Assembly (NCBI GenBank): GCA_038108555.1
Contig: JAYNIA010000003.1
Coordinates: 70,381-134,380 of the forward strand
Length of the DNA: 64,000 bases
Direction: 5' to 3'
Origin: Nitrospinota bacterium
GTDB taxonomy: Bacteria > Nitrospinota > Nitrospinia > Nitrospinales > VA-1
The notes beneath the pieces were generated by a model. The model did not search any database. It was not told the DNA's origin and saw only the letters and a program-made list of their open reading frames with translations. The translations under genes and the position numbers were made by a program. Below, piece after piece: positions 19,376-31,852 of the stretch. Each line of letters opens with the position of its first letter. Position 1 is the first letter of the stretch.

Positions 19376-19671
19376 TACTCACCTGCCAAATAATCGCCCG
19401 CAGATGACCCCGCTGAATTGGTACCCACTCGCACCCAAAAACCTTTTGCTTCAAACCCAACGGGACAATTTTTAAAAATTACAATTTCTCCCTCAACATT
19501 CTGCACTTCAAGATCACCTGCAACTCCACAATAAATAACGCGACAAACCCTGGAAAGAGGGTTTACTGCATGTGGCGTTACTGTTTCCCAATGCACAGGT
19601 GGACTTTCCAATCCCTGCTGGGAATATTTATCTTTCCAACGGCTGGACGCTAACAATATGTCTTGGGGCAT
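19375..19671 (-). CDS. Head spike base protein, RcGTA GhsA (rcc01079)-like
   Basis: GLESPPVHWETVTPHAVNPLSRVCRVIYCGVAGDLEV matches my recollection of the GhsA pattern (LESPA...ITPSD..DL....RAL.V..GG.L); not database-verified. Confidence 0.65.
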   Translation of the reverse strand: MPQDILLASSRWKDKYSQQGLESPPVHWETVTPHAVNPLSRVCRVIYCGVAGDLEVQNVEGEIVIFKNCPVGFEAKGFWVRVGTNSAGSSAGDYLAGE

Positions 19672-19699
19672 ATTATCTTCCTTTCATATCCGGAAATTT

Positions 19700-21292
19700 T
19701 CAGGTTAATCTTCTAATTCGTGGACCAGACAACCCTGAGTTAATCAAATTAAAAAACATTTCCAGAGCATCGGGTCCGTCATCGTGATTGGCTTTGGGGA
19801 AATATTTCAATTGATCCAACAACAAGGTCTGGTTTTTTCGAAATCGAATCAATCCATTTTTAATATGAGGTTGCAATTTTGAAATCCTCAAAATTTTATC
19901 GTTAATGGGTCTCACCCCTTCGACTGGAGGATAAATTTTCCTTCGTGCTCCTTCTTTAATTACCTGATCTTTAAACAATTGTTGAAACTGTACTTCCTCA
20001 ATGGCGATTTTTTCAAAGTGATACTTTTTTTGATATTCGAACAGGGTTTCCATTATTGAATCAGGATGGCGTTTTTCAATATCAGCTTGAATAATATCGA
20101 TGATGCCATCGGGGTTTACACAACCTACTAATATTGCAGATGGGTCTGCTTTTTTAGATGCTGACCCCATGGAAGGATCAACCGCGCAGTAGAAATGACT
20201 GTTTTTGTCTAAAAAAATTGGTTCCGGAATAAACCGAAACCATTCTTCCTGAAAAAGACAATCATCAGGGTTAACCGGTTCATTTTGCTTCTCTGAATCA
20301 AAATAGGCAGGTCCATCGGAAACTCGCATCGTCATCAAAAAGTAATACGATTCTGCTTCGGGCCAGAGAACTTTTGTTCCCTCTAACATTTCGATTTTAT
20401 GTTTATCAAAAAACCTTTTTGCTCTGTTCTCCGCATCAACAACTCTGGAAGTAAAAAGTGATTCCCATTTTTCCCAAAGTTTTGAAGAAGACCATTTGAT
20501 TACAGCTTTCCACTTTTTACCATGCCAACCCGGCCTGACTAATAATCTTGAAAGTAAAGAGTCGTAATGAAGAATTGTTCCCACCACTATGAAAACGGTA
20601 GAGCGACCTCCAATTTTCATTAGGGCTTTAAAAAACCATTTACGATCTTTTTCACGTTGGTCAGGGGAATCAATATTTTCATCATCTTCCAGGTCATCGC
20701 AAATAACAAGATCAGGTCTCCGGTTTCCATGGCGTGCGCCTCGAAACCGTTTTCTTTTTCCACAACTGCGAACAGCTACTCCATTTTTCGTAACAATTTT
20801 TGTGGCCTTCCAAGTTCTACCCGAACCACAAACCTCTGGGAAGTCCTCTATCAACCTTTCATTCGCTTCAAGTTCAACTTTAATCTGCTCCAGAAGCTCT
20901 TCTGATTGGTCGGAGGTATCAGAAACTAAAACAATAAATTTTTTTCTTAATCCGACAATGCACCAAAGGGGTAAGATTAAAGAAGAGAGTGTTGATTTAG
21001 CATTGCCGCGGGGAGCGGCCAAAGCTTCTTTACTTCCTTTGCCGGAAACTTGCGATTCAATTATTAGCTGGCCAAATCGTTTGAACATTTCCTCATGCAT
21101 TTGGGAGCATTTTTCGGTCAGGTGATGCGGGAAATAATGTCTGGCAAAAAACTTCAAGTCTTTTAGAGCTTTTTCTTTGTGTTTTTCTTTTTGTTTATGG
21201 CTCCTTTTATTGAAGGGTTTGAGCTTTTCTTTAATTTTATTTCCTGTTGCCTCTTTTGGCCTTTTGCTTCTAATTCCTGGTAATCCCACCAT
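19700..21292 (-). CDS. Terminase large subunit
   Basis: Walker A AAPRGNAKST, Walker B VICDDLED, VVGT motif III, nuclease AVDPS and HDDGPDAL. Confidence 0.92.
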   Translation of the reverse strand: MVGLPGIRSKRPKEATGNKIKEKLKPFNKRSHKQKEKHKEKALKDLKFFARHYFPHHLTEKCSQMHEEMFKRFGQLIIESQVSGKGSKEALAAPRGNAKSTLSSLILPLWCIVGLRKKFIVLVSDTSDQSEELLEQIKVELEANERLIEDFPEVCGSGRTWKATKIVTKNGVAVRSCGKRKRFRGARHGNRRPDLVICDDLEDDENIDSPDQREKDRKWFFKALMKIGGRSTVFIVVGTILHYDSLLSRLLVRPGWHGKKWKAVIKWSSSKLWEKWESLFTSRVVDAENRAKRFFDKHKIEMLEGTKVLWPEAESYYFLMTMRVSDGPAYFDSEKQNEPVNPDDCLFQEEWFRFIPEPIFLDKNSHFYCAVDPSMGSASKKADPSAILVGCVNPDGIIDIIQADIEKRHPDSIMETLFEYQKKYHFEKIAIEEVQFQQLFKDQVIKEGARRKIYPPVEGVRPINDKILRISKLQPHIKNGLIRFRKNQTLLLDQLKYFPKANHDDGPDALEMFFNLINSGLSGPRIRRLT

Positions 21293-21621
21293 TGCTGGAT
21301 AACTTTTTCTTCAATTTTTTCGACGTGATCCCCTATTAAGTGAGCTGCTGAAACTTCTTTGTTTTCAGCTAAATAAACCGCAACTGTTTGAAGAGTTTCT
21401 GAAAGCAGTTGCATGGGGTCTATCTTCCCGGTTTGGATTTTAAGTTTGAGTAAATCCTGGATTTTTCCAATATATGCACAATAAACACGGTGGTTTTTCA
21501 AATCGTCAGGTGATTTTTTAATCAGTTTCTGAACTACCTTTTTATTTTCCTCCAACTCATTTATCAGCCTTGATAAATCCGATAATTCACCATTTAAAAC
21601 TTTAAGCGATCTTGTTGTCAC
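21163..21621 (-). CDS. Putative terminase small subunit (helical; no obvious N-terminal HTH)
   Basis: Directly upstream of and overlapping TerL; AGGAG RBS; helical/coiled-coil sequence. Confidence 0.5.
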   Translation of the reverse strand: MTTRSLKVLNGELSDLSRLINELEENKKVVQKLIKKSPDDLKNHRVYCAYIGKIQDLLKLKIQTGKIDPMQLLSETLQTVAVYLAENKEVSAAHLIGDHVEKIEEKVIQQWWDYQELEAKGQKRQQEIKLKKSSNPSIKGAINKKKNTKKKL

Positions 21622-21967
21622 TTACATTCAAGGCTCCTACAATTTGATTTACCGATTTATTTAGTTCATTAAGCTGTTTAAAAATCCTTGAAATAAGTCC
21701 CTCCGTTTTACCCACGGCAATATAAAAAGCTTTTTTTTCTACATATTGCTCAAAGTTGTATTTTTGATCGCTTTGCCTGGTTTTTTCCAATTCACGAAGG
21801 AGGTTTTCCATTTCTTCCAGATTTTGTTTTAGATCATTCAACCTTCTATTATTTTCTCCAATCATCCAGCGAACAAACCATCCAAGGGTTCCCAAAGTAA
21901 ATAATGCGAAAAAGGTCAACCAGGGGGTTAAAGTTCTAAATAGCTCCAGGGACATATGGAATCTCAA
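21602..21967 (-). CDS. Membrane-anchored coiled-coil protein
   Basis: N-terminal TM (WLTFFALFTLGTLGWFV) followed by heptad-like coiled coil. Confidence 0.6.
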   Translation of the reverse strand: MRFHMSLELFRTLTPWLTFFALFTLGTLGWFVRWMIGENNRRLNDLKQNLEEMENLLRELEKTRQSDQKYNFEQYVEKKAFYIAVGKTEGLISRIFKQLNELNKSVNQIVGALNVSDNKIA

Positions 21968-21999
21968 AAAACGGAGTGTTATTAATAGATTTTTTTCAA

Positions 22000-22233
22000 T
22001 TAGGAGTGAGGAAAATTTACTTTTTTCACGACCTCATGGATTACCTCTTCCTGATTATTTTTTATAGCAGCCCTTAAAGTTGAAAGCCCCACTGCCTCCA
22101 AAACCCATGTCATCGAGTCACTGGATACAAACTCATGAAGGGAAATATTACCGGTGGAAAAATTTAAAAATGATATGAAAAGCATCAAAACTGAAGTGAG
22201 ATAAGTCTTTCTTCCCTTTAACCAGTCCATCAT
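22000..22233 (-). CDS. Holin-like small membrane protein
   Basis: WLKGRKTY + TM, second hydrophobic segment ending GLSTLRAAI, charged tail; first gene of the operon. Confidence 0.55.
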   Translation of the reverse strand: MMDWLKGRKTYLTSVLMLFISFLNFSTGNISLHEFVSSDSMTWVLEAVGLSTLRAAIKNNQEEVIHEVVKKVNFPHS

Positions 22234-22265
22234 AAACTCTTTTATTGAATTGTTATTTTGAAAGG

Positions 22266-22288
22266 TGGGCCGGGAATCTCCCGGCCCA
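22266..22288. terminator. GC-rich hairpin in the leader of the phage-like operon
   Basis: TGGGCCGGGA-ATC-TCCCGGCCCA perfect 10-bp stem. Confidence 0.5.
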
Positions 22289-22688
22289 TTTTAGGTAGGA
22301 AACAATCCTTTGCACAAAGTATTGGGGAGATAAATAGAATTTTTGGGCATTTTTTAATTTTGAGTAAATTTACAATTTATAAATCCTTTAAAAAAAGAAT
22401 GCCAACCTCTCCTCTCACTATATGTAATTCAAAGGAAGGTAATAAATTCCTAAACTATTGGAAAAAGAAGGTTTTTTTTCAGTAAAAATGAAGCATTGAA
22501 AATTCAAAGTGACTGGAAGGAAAATTAAAAATTTAACGAAAAATTTTTTGGGTCTAAAAACTTTTGTTAATACATGAGTTGAGTCGATAGATCTTTTTTA
22601 CAATTTTTTCATGTTGCTTTTACAATTGTCATTCTATATATTGACGCCTCAATTCCCCCTACAAACGATTTTAATTGCTCCGGTTTTT

Positions 22689-24059
22689 ATGGAACCCAAA
22701 GAAACTATTTGGAAAAAATGTCTCGAAAAAATTGAGGAAAGCATCCTTCCTGATAGTTTCGCAACCTGGTTTTCATCCACGTATCCCCGGAATATGGATG
22801 ACGGGTTAATAACCATCGCTGTTCCCAACCAGTTTTACAGAAAATGTTTAATTGAGAACTACCGGGAATTAATAGAGGACACTCTAAAAAATGTATCGGA
22901 ACAACCCCTCTTGGTGGACTTTTGTGTTGAATCGGAAAAAGTAGCCCAAACAGAACCACAAAAACATACCGCAGTCGCTGTTGAGGAACCGGAACCTCGG
23001 GGCACTTCAATTAAAACAGAGTCTTGTACTAAAACACTCAGCCCTAAGTATAGTTTTTCCAACTTTATCGTGGGTTCGAGCAATCAATTTGCCCATGCGG
23101 CAGCTTTGGCTGTGGCTAATAATCCAACCTTGGCCTACAATCCCCTTTTTATTTATGGCGCTGTGGGTTTGGGAAAGACCCATCTCTTACATGCAATAGG
23201 TAATCAAATTTGTGAAAACAACCCGGGATCAAGAGTTCGTTACATTTCTGCCGAAAGTTTCACTGTCGATTTGATTGAATCAATCAAAAAAGACAAAATG
23301 CCATTTTTCAGAGAGCGTTATAGGCCCTTGGATATTCTGCTGGTAGACGACATTCAATTCATTGCCGGTAAGGAAAGGACACAAGAAGAGTTTTTCTACA
23401 CTTTCAATGCTCTTTACGAATCACACAAACAGGTTGTAATTTCGAGTGATAGATATCCTAAAGATATTCACAATATGGAAGAAAGGCTGCGTTCCCGGTT
23501 TGAATCCGGTTTAATTGCCGATATCAATCCTCCGGACTTGGAAACCAAGGTTGCTATTCTCTACAAAAAAGCGGAGCTCCATAAAAAACACATTCCACAA
23601 GACGTTGCTATCTTTATAGCAAGCAACATAAAATCAAATATCCGGGAGCTGGAAGGGTTCCTTTTAAGGATTATCGCTTACTCGTCTTTCACTCACCGGG
23701 AATTGGATTTGGAGTTGACTAAAGAGGTTTTGAAAGATTTTACGTTTGATAAAACAAGGAATTTTACCATCCAAAATATCCTCAAAACAGTGGCGTCCTA
23801 CTACGACATAAAAGTGTCCGATATTAAGTCAAAAAGGAGAACCCGGGAGATTTCAAACACCCGCCAAATAGCGATGTATTTGTGCCGGGAACACACAAAA
23901 TCTTCCTTGCCGGAAATTGGTAAACAGTTCGGAGGTAAGGATCACACAACGGTAATTTTCTCCCACAAAAAGATATCAAATAGTATCAAAGAAAACAATG
24001 ATTTACAGAGCTCCATTCGCGAGATTTTAAACCTGATAGAAAATGGAAAACCTGTATAA
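22689..24059 (+). CDS. dnaA: Chromosomal replication initiator DnaA
   Basis: NPLFIYGAVGLGKTHL, DDIQF, RLRSRF, GGKDHTTV; start more likely ATG 22689 (MEPKETIWKKCL) than the track start 22611. Confidence 0.97.
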   Translation: MEPKETIWKKCLEKIEESILPDSFATWFSSTYPRNMDDGLITIAVPNQFYRKCLIENYRELIEDTLKNVSEQPLLVDFCVESEKVAQTEPQKHTAVAVEEPEPRGTSIKTESCTKTLSPKYSFSNFIVGSSNQFAHAAALAVANNPTLAYNPLFIYGAVGLGKTHLLHAIGNQICENNPGSRVRYISAESFTVDLIESIKKDKMPFFRERYRPLDILLVDDIQFIAGKERTQEEFFYTFNALYESHKQVVISSDRYPKDIHNMEERLRSRFESGLIADINPPDLETKVAILYKKAELHKKHIPQDVAIFIASNIKSNIRELEGFLLRIIAYSSFTHRELDLELTKEVLKDFTFDKTRNFTIQNILKTVASYYDIKVSDIKSKRRTREISNTRQIAMYLCREHTKSSLPEIGKQFGGKDHTTVIFSHKKISNSIKENNDLQSSIREILNLIENGKPV

Positions 24060-26893
<2,834 letters not shown>

Positions 26894-26947
26894 TTTTTTG
26901 TCCAAACATTGTTTCTAAAAATATTTTTTCCCAAGAAAGGCTAAAGA

Positions 26948-29365
26948 ATGCCCGAAACCATTGACCCGATAAGCATTGACGATGAAATGAAAAGCGCTTA
27001 CCTCGATTATGCCATGAGCGTAATTATTGGTCGCGCTTTGCCGGATATCAGGGACGGGCTAAAACCAGTGCATCGCAGGGTTTTATTTGCCATGCATGAG
27101 ACGGGGAATGTTTTTAATAAACCTTATAAGAAATCCGCACGTATTGTGGGTGACGTCATAGGTAAATACCATCCGCACGGTGACCAGGCAGTTTATGACA
27201 CCATCGTTCGTTTGGCCCAAGAGTTCTCGCAGCGAAACCCTCTGGTAGATGGCCAGGGAAACTTTGGTTCCATCGATGGCGATTCGGCGGCTGCAATGCG
27301 ATACACAGAAATCCGCATGCAGGAAATCACCGGAGAATTATTACGCGATTTGGAAAAAGAAACTGTCCAGTTTGTACCTAACTACGACGAGTCGACCAAA
27401 GAGCCTTCGGTTCTTCCCGCAAGCTTTCCCCAGTTACTGGTTAATGGTTCATCCGGGATTGCGGTTGGAATGGCAACGAACATTCCTCCGCATAATTTGG
27501 GAGAAATTGTGGATGCCGCAGTTTACCTGATTGATGAACCGGAATGTTCCATTGATGATTTAATTCAAATTGTGAAAGGTCCTGATTTTCCCACAAAGGG
27601 AATCATTCATGGAACCAATGGAATTATTTCTGCCTATAAAACGGGACGGGGAATTATCCGGGTAAGGGGTCGTGCAGAAATTGAAACCATGGAAAAAGGA
27701 GATCGGGAAAGGATTGTAATTAACGAGCTACCTTTCCAGGTAAATAAAGCCCGGTTGGTTGAAAAAATAGCAGAACTGGTCAGGGATAAAAAACTGGAAG
27801 GGATCTCCGACCTTAGAGATGAGTCTGATCGCGAGGGAGTTAGGGTTGTTGTCGAGTTGAAAAAGGGCACGATGGGTCAGGTGGTTTTGAATACGCTTTA
27901 TAAAAATACTCAACTGCAAGATACGTTCGGGGTAATCCTCCTCGCATTGGTCAACAACCAGCCCAAGGTATTAACTTTAAAAGAATATTTACGCTACTTT
28001 ATTCTGTTTCGCAAAGAAGTCGTAACCCTTCGAACAGAATTTGACCTTAGAAAAGCCCGGGAAAAAGAACATATTCTTGAAGGATTGAAAATTGCTCTCG
28101 ATAATCTCGATGCGGTTGTAAAACTCATTCGAGACGCTGAAGACCCTGTCTCAGCAAAGGAAGGCCTCATGTCCACTTTTGAGTTGTCGGAAATACAGGC
28201 GAAGTCAATTTTGGAAATGAGATTGCAAAGGTTAACGGGTTTGGAGCGACAGAAAATTTTAGATGATCTGGAAGATATTCGGAAGAAAATCGAAGAGTAC
28301 CTTCACATCCTCGCGAATGAGGACGTAAAACTAAAAATCATTAAAGAAGAACTCATTGAAATAAAAACCAAATACAGTGACGAGCGAAGAACAGAAATAG
28401 TTGAAACAGATGAAGGGGATCTGGTTATTGAAGATCTGATTGCCGATGAGGATACTGTGGTGGTTTATACCCGTAGCGGTTATATCAAACGCCATTCCGT
28501 CGATAACTACCGGGCGCAACGGCGCGGTGGCAAGGGGATTCGTGGTATGGATCTTAAAGAGGAGGATGTTGTTGAAAAACTTTTCATTGCCTCAACTCTC
28601 AGTCACATGCTTGTTTTTACCAGCATTGGAAAAGTTCATTGGTTAAGGGTTTTCTCAATTCCTGAAGTCAGCCGCACAGCAAAAGGAAAATCCATAGCAA
28701 ATCTTTTGAGTTTGCAACCTGGAGAATCGATTGCCAGTATTTTATCGGTTCGAAAATTTGAAGAAGATAAATTTGTGATGGTTGCGACGGAACGTGGAAT
28801 CGTAAAGAAAACTTCATTGATGGCCTATAGCAAACCCAGACAAGGAGGGGTCATAGGGTTAACCATTGACGATGGAGACCGGTTGATTGGCGCAGAGCTG
28901 TGTGATGGTGAAAGCGATATTCTATTGGCGACTGAAAAAGGGTTTTCTATTCGATTCTCTGAAAAAGAAGCCCGACCCATTGGTAGAACCGGAAGAGGTG
29001 TCAGGGGCATTCGCTTAAAACCAGATGATCGTGTTGTTGGAGCCGAGATAGTTCACCCGGGTAATATGTTATTGACCGTCACCTCGAATGGATATGGAAA
29101 GAGAACCCAGCTTGAGGAGTACCCGGTTCAGGGCCGGGGCGGCCTTGGGGTCATGACCATTCGTTGCAATGATAAAATTGGAGCGGTTGTGGGTATTCAA
29201 CAGGTAACGGATAACGATCAGCTATTGGTTATCACTTCCGATGGAAATATTGTTCGAATGAAGGTAAATGAAATTTCTGTAATTGGCCGAAACACCCAGG
29301 GGGTAAGGCTTGTAGGAACCGGTGAGTCAAACCGGGTTGTAAGTGTAGAAAAACTGGTTGAGTAA
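26948..29365 (+). CDS. gyrA: DNA gyrase subunit A
   Basis: [15 protein letters not shown], GyrA box QRRGGKG. Confidence 0.98.
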   Translation: MPETIDPISIDDEMKSAYLDYAMSVIIGRALPDIRDGLKPVHRRVLFAMHETGNVFNKPYKKSARIVGDVIGKYHPHGDQAVYDTIVRLAQEFSQRNPLVDGQGNFGSIDGDSAAAMRYTEIRMQEITGELLRDLEKETVQFVPNYDESTKEPSVLPASFPQLLVNGSSGIAVGMATNIPPHNLGEIVDAAVYLIDEPECSIDDLIQIVKGPDFPTKGIIHGTNGIISAYKTGRGIIRVRGRAEIETMEKGDRERIVINELPFQVNKARLVEKIAELVRDKKLEGISDLRDESDREGVRVVVELKKGTMGQVVLNTLYKNTQLQDTFGVILLALVNNQPKVLTLKEYLRYFILFRKEVVTLRTEFDLRKAREKEHILEGLKIALDNLDAVVKLIRDAEDPVSAKEGLMSTFELSEIQAKSILEMRLQRLTGLERQKILDDLEDIRKKIEEYLHILANEDVKLKIIKEELIEIKTKYSDERRTEIVETDEGDLVIEDLIADEDTVVVYTRSGYIKRHSVDNYRAQRRGGKGIRGMDLKEEDVVEKLFIASTLSHMLVFTSIGKVHWLRVFSIPEVSRTAKGKSIANLLSLQPGESIASILSVRKFEEDKFVMVATERGIVKKTSLMAYSKPRQGGVIGLTIDDGDRLIGAELCDGESDILLATEKGFSIRFSEKEARPIGRTGRGVRGIRLKPDDRVVGAEIVHPGNMLLTVTSNGYGKRTQLEEYPVQGRGGLGVMTIRCNDKIGAVVGIQQVTDNDQLLVITSDGNIVRMKVNEISVIGRNTQGVRLVGTGESNRVVSVEKLVE

Positions 29366-29393
29366 ATTAAACGGAAATTTCGCTTTCTGAAAT

Positions 29394-30194
29394 ATGAATA
29401 AAAAAGTTTCTCCCGCCTCATCTTTGGCCATTTTTTTTTCTGCCCTGTTTTTTCTCGTTTCCTGCGGCGAACAAAGTGATCCTTTAATAAATAAAGCCAA
29501 TGAAGAATGGATTCAGGGGCATAATCATAGTGCCCTTGAGTTGCTGAACGAAGTTTTAAAAAAAAATCCTTCCGGTCCTAAAGCAGAAGAAGCCCTTTTC
29601 AGGATGGGAGAGATCCATCATTTCAGTTTGAACAACAGCACACGGGCTTTGGTTTTTTTCCAGGAGGTTCGGCAAATGAATCCCCAGGGGCCTTTTGGAT
29701 TTAAAGCTCAAAAATATATCGCAGAAATAGCGGAGTTTGGATTAAAGGATTACGACCAGGCCATTATTGAATATCAAAACCTGATTAATTTTTATAAGAA
29801 TGAGCCTTCCAATGGGGATCACCAGTACCGTATTGCTTCGATTTATTATAAAAAACAAAATTACGAACAGGCTCTGGTAGAACTACAAATTCTTTTGGAG
29901 AATTATCCCGACAGTCCCTGGGCCGAGGAAACAAAATTTAAAATTATTGAAATTCTTTATGCGCTAAACCGCTGCCCTGAAGCCAGAGAACAATACCGGC
30001 ATTTCAATTTGGAATACTCAGAAAGCCGCTTTAAATCAGAAATGGATTTTGTGGTCGCATCTTGCCTTGAAGAAGAAGGCCATCTTCAAGATGCATACAA
30101 CCGGTTTAAGGCATTAGAGGGGCAATATACTTATCCCGCAATATTGAAAATGAAACTGGTAGGAATAGAAAAAAGGATTGAAAAGAAAAGATAA
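29394..30194 (+). CDS. TPR lipoprotein (BamD/CpoB-like)
   Basis: Lipobox LVSC; TPR helices with YPDSPW motif. Confidence 0.7.
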   Translation: MNKKVSPASSLAIFFSALFFLVSCGEQSDPLINKANEEWIQGHNHSALELLNEVLKKNPSGPKAEEALFRMGEIHHFSLNNSTRALVFFQEVRQMNPQGPFGFKAQKYIAEIAEFGLKDYDQAIIEYQNLINFYKNEPSNGDHQYRIASIYYKKQNYEQALVELQILLENYPDSPWAEETKFKIIEILYALNRCPEAREQYRHFNLEYSESRFKSEMDFVVASCLEEEGHLQDAYNRFKALEGQYTYPAILKMKLVGIEKRIEKKR

Positions 30195-31465
30195 TGCTAG
30201 ATATTAAATTTATCCGGGAAAACCTTGAAACCGTAAAGAAAGGTCTTGAACGCCGAAATGGGACCCGACCTGACCTAGAGTCTTTGTTAAACCAGGAGGA
30301 TGAAAGGCGACAGGGACTTCAGGAGTCTGAGCAATTAAAAAATAAAAAGAAGAAACTTTCTGCTGAAGTTGGAAGGCTCAAACAGCAGGGAGAAGATGCC
30401 TCCCAACAAATGGAAGAAGTGAAAAACCTGAATGTATCTATCAAAGAATTAGATGACAAGGTTGAAGAGCTGGCATCTTCTATCCACGAAAAACTTTTGG
30501 GGATTCCCAATCTGCCTGATAAAAGTATTCCTGATGGTCAAGATGAGTCTGGCAACCGGTTTATTCGTGATTGGGGAAGCAAACCAGAAATAACCAAACC
30601 TCTCAATCATGTTGAAATTGGTGAAAAGCTTGGACTCTTGGATATGAAACGGGCTGCAAAAATTTCCGGCGCCAGGTTTGCAGTTTACCGTGGGGGAGGA
30701 GCGGCTTTGCTGAGGGGATTGATCAACTTTATGGTGGATGTCCAGACTCAGGAGAATGGATATGAGGAACTCTACCCTCCCTTCCTGGTCAATGAAGAGA
30801 GTCTGCTTGGTACAGGCCAATTACCCAAGTTCGGTGAAGAACTATTTACCATGAGGGATGATCCTCTTTTTCTGATTCCGACAGCGGAGGTTCCTGTTAC
30901 AAACTTCCACAGATCAGAAATTTTGGAAGAAGAAGCATTACCCATTTGTTATACCGCTTATACTCCCTGTTTCCGGAGAGAAGCAGGGTCTTATGGAAAA
31001 GATACTCAGGGTTTAATCCGGCAACACCAGTTTGACAAAGTGGAACTGGTGAAATTTTGTAAAGCCAGTGAATCTGGACAGGAATTGGAAAAACTTTTGG
31101 TGGACGCGGAATCGATATTAAAGAAATTGGATTTACACTATCGGGTCATGGAATTATGTGTTGGAGATCTGGGGTTTTCTTCAACGAAAACCTATGACCT
31201 TGAGGTATGGCTACCCAGTCAAAATACATATAGAGAAATATCATCATGCAGTAACTTTACAGATTATCAGGCACGTCGGGCAAAGATTCGTTGTAAAAAG
31301 AAAACCGGGGGAAAACCGGAATTCGTCCATACTTTGAATGGATCGGGCCTCGCAGCGGGTCGGCTGTTTGTGGCCATTCTGGAAAATTACCAAAATGAAG
31401 ATGGAACAGTTACGGTTCCAGAAGCGATTCGGCCCTATTTAAAAGGACGCGAGGTTTTATCGTAA
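30194..31465 (+). CDS. serS: Serine--tRNA ligase
   Basis: MLDIKFIREN, LIPTAEVP, FRREAGSYGKDT, EISSCSN, HTLNGSGLA. Confidence 0.98.
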   Translation: MLDIKFIRENLETVKKGLERRNGTRPDLESLLNQEDERRQGLQESEQLKNKKKKLSAEVGRLKQQGEDASQQMEEVKNLNVSIKELDDKVEELASSIHEKLLGIPNLPDKSIPDGQDESGNRFIRDWGSKPEITKPLNHVEIGEKLGLLDMKRAAKISGARFAVYRGGGAALLRGLINFMVDVQTQENGYEELYPPFLVNEESLLGTGQLPKFGEELFTMRDDPLFLIPTAEVPVTNFHRSEILEEEALPICYTAYTPCFRREAGSYGKDTQGLIRQHQFDKVELVKFCKASESGQELEKLLVDAESILKKLDLHYRVMELCVGDLGFSSTKTYDLEVWLPSQNTYREISSCSNFTDYQARRAKIRCKKKTGGKPEFVHTLNGSGLAAGRLFVAILENYQNEDGTVTVPEAIRPYLKGREVLS

Positions 31466-31568
31466 AAATTAAGGGGTTATCATTGATTTTAAAAGGCTAA
31501 CCGGGGAAAACAGTTCCCTTGACTTTTGACTTCAAGTAGATAAATATAAGCCCTGTCCGATACATTCA

Positions 31569-31654
31569 GGAGGGATGGCCGAGTGGTTTAAGGCGGCGGT
31601 CTTGAAAACCGTTGAACGAAAGTTCCGTGGGTTCGAATCCTACTCCCTCCGCCA
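31569..31654 (+). tRNA. tRNA-Ser(TGA)
   Basis: Cloverleaf with long variable arm; anticodon loop CT-TGA-AA; GTTCGAATC; ends GCCA. Confidence 0.95.
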
Positions 31655-31709
31655 TCAGGCTATACCTGAAGGTAGAATTTCCGGACCTAGAAAATAAATT
31701 TAATGATTA

Positions 31710-31801
<92 letters not shown>

Positions 31802-31852
31802 CCCTATGGGGGCTTTGGGGTTACAAACAAAAAAATAAAAAGGCCAAACCCA

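Larger units (their letters stand above)
6225..22233 (-). mobile_element. GTA-like / domesticated prophage head-tail operon
   Basis: About 20 contiguous minus-strand genes in siphovirus order (packaging, head, neck, tail); no integrase, replication gene or endolysin visible. Confidence 0.85.

Noticed and set aside
20589..21125. 178-aa plus-strand ORF (and similar shadow ORFs over gyrA/B, capsid, lgt, pil and flg genes)
   Set aside because: Antisense or off-frame to well-supported genes, with no recognisable motifs.
3762..22233. Complete, active temperate prophage
   Set aside because: No integrase/transposase, replication genes, endolysin or att repeats seen, and the flanks are housekeeping genes. 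A cryptic prophage remnant cannot be excluded without comparative data.
22388..22404. Possible sigma54 promoter for the phage-like operon (minus-strand TTGGCAT)
   Set aside because: The -12 GC element is missing (T run instead).
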